Assembly: GCF_006345805.1 (NCBI RefSeq)
Contig: NC_043015.1
Coordinates: 44,888,001-44,952,000 of the forward strand
Source: Octopus sinensis
Taxonomy: Eukaryota
Direction: 5' to 3'
DNA: 64,000 bases
The number at the start of each line of letters is the position of its first letter. The stretch's first letter is position 1. The position numbers and the translations under genes are program-made. Shown piece after piece: positions 54,208-64,000 of the stretch. The notes beneath the pieces are model-generated. The model did no database searches, had not been told where the DNA came from, and was given only the letters and a program-made list of their open reading frames with translations.

Positions 54208-54443
54208 TACCTATTTCTTTACTGCCCACAAGGGGCTAAACACAGAGAGGACAAACAAGGACAGACAAACGGATTAAGTCGATTACATCGACCTCAGTGC
54301 GTAACTGGTACTTAATTTATCGACTCCGAAAGGATGAAAGGCAAAGTCGTCTTCGGTGGAATTTGAACTCAGAACGCAACGGCAGACGAAATACGGCTAC
54401 GCATTTCGCCCGGCGTGCTAACGTTTCTGCCAGCTCGCCGCCT
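54208..54443 (-). mobile_element. SINE family A with long TSD
   Basis: AGAACAATACCAGATACCT present on both sides. Confidence 0.9.
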
Positions 54444-54806
54444 TAGAACAATACCAGATACCTTGTAACTAGGTTATGGCTACCAACCAGCTTGTTACAG
54501 AAGGAATGTTTAAGAACTCAGAGGTACATAAAACAAAAATCCCGCAAGCACTAACAATAAGGTAAAGACGATTTTGACTCCACACTAGTCTTCAGATATC
54601 TTAGTGAGTTCGTTGACCGGCACATTTTCTAGCTTCTAATCACCGTGAAAGGATGAAAGAGACTGAAAACTTTCGAAACCAAAGCCCCAGACAAACGTCA
54701 TCTGTATTGAGACATCATAAAGGGAACATAAAAATTTTAAACTTCTTTGAACCAGACGAAAGGTGCTTAGACCCACCCAGTTTTCGCGTGCGTATGCACA
54801 CACACG

Positions 54807-54845
<39 letters not shown>

Positions 54846-55030
54846 GCACGCACGCACACACACACACACACACGCACACACACACACACACACGCACACA
54901 CACACACACACACACACGCACGCACACACACACACACGCACACACACACACACGCACACAGCCATGATGTCACGTAATCGTACTTACGAATATATATGCA
55001 CGTATATATCTATACATGTGTGTATGTGTA

Positions 55031-55063
<33 letters not shown>

Positions 55064-55103
55064 TTGTGTATGCTGGGTGTATTTTTCAGTCTCCTTCACT
55101 CAG

Positions 55104-55135
<32 letters not shown>

Positions 55136-55384
55136 CCTCTTTCATTTCCTCCTCCTCTGTCTCTCTATCAATCACCCCCTCAAGACACGCACTCTAATTC
55201 TTTTAAGGCGGTGTTAAAGGCGGTGCTCCAGCATGGCCGCAGTCAAATGACTGAAACAAGTAAGAGTAAAGAGTAAAGAGTAAGAGTATTTGAACATGTA
55301 TAATACACACACACACATGGACGCATACATACACGCGCACACACATATATACACATTTGATATATAAAGACATATGTAATATGT

Positions 55385-55658
55385 CATAAATAACAGGGAC
55401 AATTTCATATGACACCGGAAATAAATGTTGACACACTACGGCAGAAATTGAATTCACCTCAATAGACGTCATTGATTGGTTGAAATTGCCGAAATGCAAG
55501 AAATTAAAGACCAAATATCTTACAAACTACAGAATTTTCTCAAGAAAGCCAAGAGAAAAAGATGTTTTATGTAACACATTCTACTAGTATACGAAGTTTA
55601 AAAGTGTTTGGTTACAAAGAAATTATTTTTAAAATCTGCCGGTCAAAGCGAAAAGATC
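55385..55658. mobile_element. Partial, rearranged Merlin-like MITE
   Basis: One TIR plus body fragments; another diverged partial copy at ~19965-20140. Confidence 0.7.
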
Positions 55659-55687
55659 CGAGACATATATACATACGTACGTACATG

Positions 55688-55731
<44 letters not shown>

Positions 55732-55843
55732 TACTAGAGTATCCGGGGCAGACATTTTATGATGGAGCTATGGTTGAAAAATGTGCATGATGAAAGTTAC
55801 TGATGAGAAGGTAAATAAAATGCGAAAATCACATGGAAATAAC

Positions 55844-56264
55844 GGATCTTTTCGGTTTGACCGGCAGATTTTTAAAATAATTTCTTTGTAACTAAACACT
55901 TTTAAACTTTGATTACTGGCAGAATGTGTTTATAAAACATCTTTTTCTCTTGGCTTTATTGAGAAAATTCTATAGTTTGTAAGATATTTGTTGTTGTTTT
56001 TTTGTCTTCAATTTCTGTAATTTCAACCAATCAATGACGTCTATTGAGGTGAAAAACATTCTGTGCCGTATGAATATGTCCCTCGTTTAAGAAACAGATT
56101 GGGTTTATTTACATTTCTGAAGAAAAAATATATCCTTCTCCCCACCCCTAACCCTAACCCTAAAACAGATTGAAATGCAATAGATCGATACTAGGGTCAT
56201 AATTATGGGTGACAATTTCATATGACACCGCTAGAAAAAACTGCCGTTCAAACCGAAAAGATCC
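55844..56264. mobile_element. Merlin-like MITE
   Basis: Perfect TSD GAAATAAC. Confidence 0.92.
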
Positions 56265-57945
56265 GAAATAACAACATCGCATTTATCATTCCTTAAATAT
56301 TATTGAAATTCGATTTCTTTTAATACGTACAATATGTTTTTGTCAACGATTCACTCGTTATTCTACGTTGTTATTTTCTACAATAAACGTTCTCCCTAAT
56401 TTCATAAATGCTGTATTCAAAACTTCCAAAATTTATGTATATATCTTTACATGAGTACACGACCTTACAAACAGGTTACATATACACTGTCTCAAGATTT
56501 TCAAGAGACAGCATGTTTTATTTATGCAAAAGTTACGGCATTTACAATATAGTCCACACATTATTATTGACATTCACTGTAAAGTTTCCTGAAGAACTTA
56601 ATTCATGAACAGACATGAGCCGACACGAACACACTTTGACCTTAATTTTCAATCTATATTTTCACATTTGTATTTGTTCCGCTTAAATCAAGAAACGCAT
56701 TCAGCTTAGATAGGCTAAAGTTGAAAACATGATACCTTTCAGTCAGCTGAATATAAAAGGTAATAGTGGAATATAATGGAATATATAAAATAGAGTAATT
56801 AATACTATATACAAATATATATATAGCGCATTATTAATACACAAATATGAGAGAGAATCCACAATATGGACGCTCTTACGCTAAAGATAGATCCGCAAGG
56901 GTCTCAACCACTAAGAATTGTTCTCAAGAAAAATTTAGCACACTATGAACGTAAGCGAGCAGGACAAATGAAAAATAACAAAAATATAGATTAACCCCAC
57001 GCAATTATTTCACTGTTAATAAATTATGCAATTTTACTTACATAATTAATCCTCAGATCATCGGTGAGGTTCGTCATAAAATATAATTTGTCGAACTGCA
57101 CGCTAGATATTAACACGAGGTCAAAAATACGAGTAGTTCGGCCTATTATATTCACAGTTATATTCAAATGCCCTCGTTCTAGCGCGCCAAATTCCCGGAA
57201 ATAAATACTGCATATCCAATTTTTTCACCCTTATTTTGATATATAGCGCATTAAATATGTATTGATGACACATAACGTATTATATATATATTGATTAGAT
57301 TTACGAATGGAAAAAAGTAGGAAAAAATTTATTTGGTCATCAGAATTTACGACCATAAAACGTTAGTTGAGCATTATGAATCAAAGAAAACTGCAGAATG
57401 AACTTTCGAATACAATTGATAAGCAGAACGACTCTGGTTTGTGTTGAAAAATTGAGAGGTCGTGTCGAATGACGTAGAATGTGAATCTTATAAGTGGAAT
57501 GAATTGAACAGCCTCAAATGGTTAACTGTTTATCACAAATATATATATATATATAATATATATATATATAACAAATTAATAAATAAAACATATGCATATA
57601 TACATACATATATGTACGTACCTACATCTACATGTATATATACATGCATATATGGGTACAGGACACCAAAAAAAAAAGTCGAACACAATGAGAAACGAAA
57701 ACATAAACACAAAACCAAGGAAATGGACATATTTCTTAAACAACGAAAAAATAGAGTACAGAACATACAACACAAGGAAAATTCCCCTCCTTCAGTCACC
57801 TCTAATTCATCTACTCCGCGTTTAGAAGGTAAAGGCGAGACACGACTTCATTGAAACATTCCTTCCCGCAAAAGGCAAATTAAATAAAATTTGAGATTTT
57901 TTGCGGAGGGGTATGTGTATAATATATAATATATATATATATATA

Positions 57946-58000
<55 letters not shown>

Positions 58001-58037
58001 ATATATTATATATATATATACTGTATATATACATGTA

Positions 58038-58076
<39 letters not shown>

Positions 58077-58439
58077 ATAAAACGGTAAGATAACAAAAGA
58101 AAAAAAGAGACCTCAATATTATGTAAATAGAGGAAATTTATCTATACAATATGTTACATTACTCGGTAGTCAAGATAAAACTCTGAGTTTCAGATGCCGA
58201 AGTGGAAATCCACAACACCATCTCTTCGGTATCTGGCTATTTGAAAACGTTATGAAAAAATACCGTTAAATAAAGGGAAATTACTCTGTTATAACTCTGC
58301 TTGCCTGCGTACTTATACATCGCTCGCATTTTTCGTCATAAAAATTTATAAAAATAATAAAATATATAAAAAATATATAAATTCTTGGGACATAACATAG
58401 AAAGCATGTTCTATCTGTTTTCTTTAGGGGACCAAAAAC

Positions 58440-60049
58440 GTAACAGAAACTTAGTACACATGTGGGCATGATCCGAAAAGCTCGTCCTTGTATTTAGACA
58501 TGTAGTAGGGTTAAGCTGCTTTTCCAGATAAGCCATCTCTCCATGTCGCATAGACCGCACCTTCCGCTGCCGTTAGTATAGGGCTTAATCTGGCCAAATC
58601 TTCCATTGTATGTTATAATCGACACCTTTATCTCTAAAGACAAAATATGATTAGACAATTGTGTCGCTTTTCTTTTGTTCCAGTGCCTAAAGCTCAAAGT
58701 GTGGTTATTGAACCTGCCTTGAAATTACCCTCTGTAAGGCCCACGTATTTCTTCGTCGAAACGGTGTCTTAGTGGTTATAGAGTTTACGGTAGCTTCATA
58801 TATGATGGTCTTGGACATGCAAGCTCCATTTAGTGGGCACAATTCTTTATTCCTGCATGAGCAGCTGTTTTCTTCTTGGTTTTTTTGTATGTTATGTTTG
58901 ATTATGTTTTTAAAATTGGTAGTTGAACTAAAACTAATTTTTAAATTGTGTCTATTCTATTGAAGAGTTTCCTATAAGTATGGTTAACTGGAAAATGTCT
59001 ATCTATCAGTGCTAGGAATATTTACCTATATTGAAGGCCACCTCGGGTGAGTAAGGGGGCGTAAACCAGATGACCTTCCTATTTCTATTATTCCTTTTCT
59101 TTACTGTTGGGCTAGTGATAGGTGTATATTTTATTTTATCGCTAAAACACTATCTTTTAAAGCCTTATATAAACTGGGGCAACGCTATTGAAGATGTCCT
59201 CATCAGATGAGAGGCTAGAAATCCTCTTACTAATATTTGTAACTAAATTTTTGAATACTATAGGGGGATGGCATGAACCTACATTAATATAACTTAGTCT
59301 ATCATTGGGCTTCCTATAAGGCTTATAAATATTCTTATTAAGATCTAGGAAACGTCTAAGAAATTGACAACCGTCAAGTTAGTATCTATAGTTATACTAA
59401 GTCCGAAGTGCTTCATTAACTGGATAATATCCTTCCTAAAACGATCTTGTGCTGGTCCATTTGTATTAGCTGTTAAGGCGAGGGCATCATCTTTGTAGAT
59501 GGCGAAATGTACGTTAGGGAATGTCTTACCTAAGGTATCTAGGAGAAAAAGTCCAATTAGATCACAGATGCCTGCCCCATCATATGAACCCATGCTCACA
59601 TCGAAAGCGCCCTCTGTGTCGGTTGTTTTTTTACCCACTTTGCGTCCTCACTGAAAAGTAAGGTCTTTCTAGCATGGAAGATTATTTCCTTATCATGGTA
59701 CTAATTTCTATGAAGTCACTAGCGAAGATGAGGGCTTTATCTAGCAGTTCTTTAGAGATAGAGGCATAAAAATCAACAATATCGAATTGTGTAAACCTCG
59801 CTTTTTCTTATTCTTAATAGCTTTAAACCAGTCTACGACTTCTATACATTAGACCATTGTACTAGCCTAGTATCGGTCTTAATTTTCGTATTTATTTATC
59901 TAAAATTTCTTTGCTAATAATCCCAAGTCTGACTTGGCTGGGTTGATAAGCCTACATTTAGGGTTGGAAAGGAAGTTTTCTTTATGATCTTTAATAGTAA
60001 TAAAGGCCTCTTTTTGGGGAAGGGCTTCTATTTTTTTATCTAATTTAAG

Positions 60050-60050
<1 letters not shown>
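58440..60050 (-). pseudogene. Penelope-like retroelement RT plus GIY-YIG endonuclease, frameshifted and partly deleted
   Basis: FITIKDHKENF..PKCRLINPAKS..FDIVDFY..FDVSMGSYDGAGICDLIG..YKDD..VNFLDV..YKPYRKPND..HPP; C-terminal SFRH..TQLSNHI..KPYTNGSGRCGLCDMER. Confidence 0.9.
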
Positions 60051-60091
<41 letters not shown>

Positions 60092-60139
60092 AAATTATTA
60101 TATATACTATATATATATTATATATAATATAAATATATA

Positions 60140-60187
<48 letters not shown>

Positions 60188-60236
60188 GTATGTATATATA
60201 TATATACATGTATATATATATATATATTTATTTATT

Positions 60237-60267
<31 letters not shown>

Positions 60268-61362
60268 GGGGGTGATAGATAGATAGATAGATAGATAGAT
60301 AGTTAGATAGATAGATATTGATAACAAAGACAAATTAATTCAGCAGGACAGAAAGACATCTCTGTGTGTACGTTTGTGTATGTGCTTGTTTCTCTGTCTG
60401 TGTGCGTGTGCGTGCGCGTGTGTGTGCGCGCGTGTATGTATGTATGTATGTATGTATGTATGTATGTATGTATGTATGTATGTATGTATGTATGCATGCA
60501 CAATTTCTGTGAGAGACAGTAGAAATGAAGAAATGAAAGAGTTAAAACTTTTCTGGCTTAATACGTTTTGTGGATATTTCAGCCTTCGGTTCGTGTATGC
60601 ATATCTACATATATGTGTGTATCTAAATATAAAGGAATGCAATTTGTGTGTGTTTGCATGTGTGTATGTGGGGCGGGGACTCTGATTGAAAACAGATTTT
60701 CTTTGCAACGTAAATATCGATGACACCAAAAATGAAGGGGGAAAACTTTCAAATTCTTTTGTTACATCATGATCCCTAGTAATCTAATTAAATATGTACA
60801 TATGTATATGCATTCACCATAATATATATATGCGCAGGAGTGACTGTGTGGTAAGTAGCTTGCTTACCGACCACATAGTTCCGAGTTCAATCCCACTGCG
60901 TGGTACCTCGGGCAAGTGTCTTCTATAGCCACGGGCCGACCCTGCACATCGTCTCATAGACCCTAGTTGAGTGCAATAGTCAGCATCCAGAAATTGGAGA
61001 GCGGAATGTCTGGGATTGGTAATGTCAAAAATGAGATTTTTCAGTGATTTCTGAAGGACAGCAATAGGAAGCTGACGGGTCTGGCTAACACTCCCTTATT
61101 TATTTATTTGTTTGTTTATTTATCTATTTATTTATTTATTTATTATTTATTCATTCAGTCATTCATTTATTGGCGGAAACATTGTGCGGCGGCTGTTTTA
61201 AAATTGTAATGGATTTTTGACCAGCTTCCAGATTCTGGTGTTCAAAGGAGTTCTCGAAGAAAAGGACGAGTGTAAGAATCGTTAAGGGCTTTGAGTGTCT
61301 TAGACGTATATTTGTAGTACTGACAGACCGTGGGCGAGGGGGGTTAATTTAACCCATTACCA

Positions 61363-61792
61363 TGATCTTTTCGGTTTGAACGGCAGGTTTTTTCTAGCGC
61401 TGTCATATGAAATTGTCACCCATAATTATGACCCTAGTATCGATCTATTGCATTTCAATCTGCTTTAGGGTTAGGGTTAGGGTTAGGGGTGGGGGAAGGG
61501 TATCTTTTTTTTCTTAAGAAATGTAAATAAACCCAATATGTTTCTTAAACGAGGGACATATTCATACGGCACAGAATGTTTTTTTTTTTTACCTCTATAG
61601 ACGTCAGTGATTGGTTGAAATTGCAGAAATTGAAGAAAAAAAACAACAAATATCTTACAAACTATAGAATTTTCTCAATAAAGCCAAGAGAAAAAGATGA
61701 TTTATAAACACATCCTACCAGTATACGAAGTTTAAAACTGTTTAGTTACCTAGAAATTATGTTAAAAACTGCCGTTCAAACCGAAAAGATCC
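61363..61792. mobile_element. Merlin-like MITE
   Basis: TSD CATTACCA / CATTACTA (7/8 match). Confidence 0.9.
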
Positions 61793-62180
61793 CATTACTA
61801 TTCAACTAATTCTATCAAATGTAACGCTTAATTATTCACATTGTTTTGAATTAATTATGCTTTGTCTCGTAGCTTCGAGATTTTGATGACGAGATCGTTC
61901 GTTTAAAAATGACATTGTAGGGTAAGTGTGAGAAGCAGGATCTGTTCGGTTACGGCTGGTTTTGCTTCTCTACTGGTCGACTATTGAAAGAGGTTGAAGT
62001 TGAAGCCTTGATGGAAATTACGTATGTTTTACAAGAGCGGATGTTTAAGATGATGATGCAAATCTTTAAAAAGTGTAGTTAGGCAACGAATTATTCATGT
62101 ATAATCAATTGATCCGTGTTTGAATCGATAAGAAGGACTAAATTATTGACAACCTCATGAGTTGAAATGTTCGTTATTTT

Positions 62181-62602
62181 GGATCTTTTCGGTTTGAACG
62201 GCAGTTTTTTAAAATAATTTCCACGTAACAAAACACTTTTAAACTTCGTATATTGGTAAAATGTGTTTATAAAACATCTTTTTCTCTTGGCTTTATTGAG
62301 AAAATTCCATAAGTTTGTAAGATATTTGTTGGTTTTCTTTTTTCAATTTCTGCAATTTCAACCAATCAATGACATCTATTGAGGTAAAAAAAACATTCTG
62401 TGCCGTATGAATATGTCCCTCGTTTAAGAAACAGATTGGGTTTATTAACATTTGTGAAGAAAAAAAGATACCCTTCCCCCTACCCCTAACCCTAACTCTA
62501 AAGTAGATTGAAATGCAATAGATCGATATTAGGGTCATAATTATGGGTGACAATTTCATATGATACCGCTAGAAAAAACTGCCGTTCAAACCGAAAAGAT
62601 CC
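62181..62602. mobile_element. Merlin-like MITE
   Basis: Perfect TSD GTTATTTT. Confidence 0.92.
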
Positions 62603-62919
62603 GTTATTTTTAGAAATTTGCGATTACGTTAAGTGTAACTAGTTTTTGACCCCTTGGTAAACGTGGTCTAATTTTCAGAGACACAAAGCCACTCTTTCTT
62701 CGCTAACAAACAATAGACGGGACGTTGAAACGATTGACTCCCCTCGCTCGCATTGTACGTAAAAATCATTTGCATATGATGATTAATTAGGGCATGTTAT
62801 TTAGTGTGTGCGTAAGAGACAGAGAGAGAGTGTGTGTGTGTGTATGTGTGTGTACATGCGTTAATGACTGCGTGTGAGTGCGTATGTGTTAGTCTATGTA
62901 TCAGTCTGTGTGTGTGTGT

Positions 62920-63086
62920 CAGTAGCGTAGCCAGTGGAGAGGGGGGGCAATGGGGACAGTTCGCTCCGGGCAACGCTTTTATGGGAACGGCACTTTGGGG
63001 TCTGTTGTATAAAGCCTGCGTAGGAGTGGAGAGGTGGCTCACCCCGGGGGCTGTTCCAGACGGCACACGCTCCAGCGACGTCACCG
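62920..63086. mobile_element. Short GC-rich MITE (CAGTAGCGTAGC...GCGACGTCACCG ends, hAT-like)
   Basis: Imperfect TIRs; internal TTTTATGGGAACGGC..GGGTCTG shared with ~53290-53320. Confidence 0.5.
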
Positions 63087-63749
63087 ATGCGTATTTTATT
63101 TGCTTTTGGAGAAATTTAGCGGCACTGCATAAATTATTAAAAATTGTGAGTTAAGATTGTGATTAAGGAGTTAAGAAACAACGAAAAAAAATTCGTTTTC
63201 CGTCGTCCAAACAGTCTTTTTAAAATAAAAGGCAGGTTTTGTCGTAAAGCGAATTTAGGAAATATATTATTACCAAACAAACCCAAAGGACCAGTTTTCG
63301 GTTATGCGACAGAGCTGTCCCAGTAACTTGGCGGCGGTTCTGCAAAAATTGAGCGATATAATGAGTACAAAACTTTAAAAAAAAATAATGGGTTCGATTT
63401 GTTCGACTAAAAATATCTTGAAGGAGGTGCCCCAGCGTGGCCGCAATTTAATGGCTGAAGCAAGTAAAAGATAAAAGATAAGAGAGCCAGACAAGATAGT
63501 CTTCTGCTTCTTCTTCTTCTTCTTCTTGTTGCTGCTGCTGCTGCTGCTGCTGCTATTACTGTCGTTGTTGTTGTTGTCGTCTTGTCTTTATTATTATTAT
63601 CTTATTGTCTGATTCACCCTTCCTTATTTTTTTAAATCAAGAGGATGTGAAGTCAGCCTGGAACTTTTAGCTGCTATTTCTATAAGGTCCAAAGGGCCAT
63701 GTCGAAGGTCACCTTGTTAACTGTTCTTCTTTTCTTTTCTTTTATTCTT

Positions 63750-64000
63750 ATACTTGTTTCAGTCATTTGACTGCGGCCATGCTGGAGCACCGCCTTTAGT
63801 CGAATCAAATTGACCCCAGGACTTATTCATTGTAAGCCTAATACTTATTCTATCAGCCTCTTTTGCCGAACCGCCAAGTGACGGGGACGTACACACACCA
63901 GCATCGGTTGTCAAGCAATGCTGGGGGGACAAACACAGACACACAAGCATATACACACACACATACATATAAACGACGGGCTTCTTTCAGTTTCCGTCTA
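63750..64000 (-). mobile_element. SINE family B, running off the window end
   Basis: Reverse-complement tail and body. Confidence 0.9.

Noticed and set aside
57790-57900. Hammerhead in a PLE-like terminal fragment
   Set aside because: Core too degenerate (CAATGAAG...TAAACGCG) to support.
58190-58250. SECIS or ribozyme downstream of the PLE
   Set aside because: A hairpin exists (CAGATGCCGAAG/CTTCGGTATCTG) but lacks the AUGA/GA SECIS core and the hammerhead core; the visible CxxC cysteines are ordinary codons.
61466-61490. Telomere or chromosome-fusion scar
   Set aside because: The TTAGGG repeats are a short internal part of the MITE consensus, not a telomeric array.

Overview
AT-rich, microsatellite-saturated animal genomic DNA. 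The tRNA-derived SINE families and repeat landscape look like an octopod cephalopod (Octopus sp.); this is inference from recalled repeat families, not a database match. Only one host coding exon is recognisable: the terminal exon of an RDH11-14-type short-chain dehydrogenase (2668-3301, +). The rest is nested mobile DNA: several SINE families, at least 9 copies of a ~420-bp MITE with GGATC... TIRs and 8-bp TSDs (Merlin-like), piggyBac-like MITEs, mariner derivatives, Helitron/Helentron pieces, RTE, Tx1 and Dong/R4 LINE fragments, and a decayed Penelope-like element (PLE). The standout is a 6.6-kb head-to-tail array (42575-49221) of a ~490-bp unit, 13 full copies plus one partial. Every unit carries a type I hammerhead ribozyme motif on the minus strand with an unusually large branched stem II, and its hairpins consistently have G-U pairs on that strand. 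It is best read as a candidate non-LTR retrozyme (a self-cleaving, possibly circRNA-producing retroelement). Several other PLE-type hammerhead motifs are scattered through the window. Nearly all other ORFs in the supplied track are microsatellite translations.
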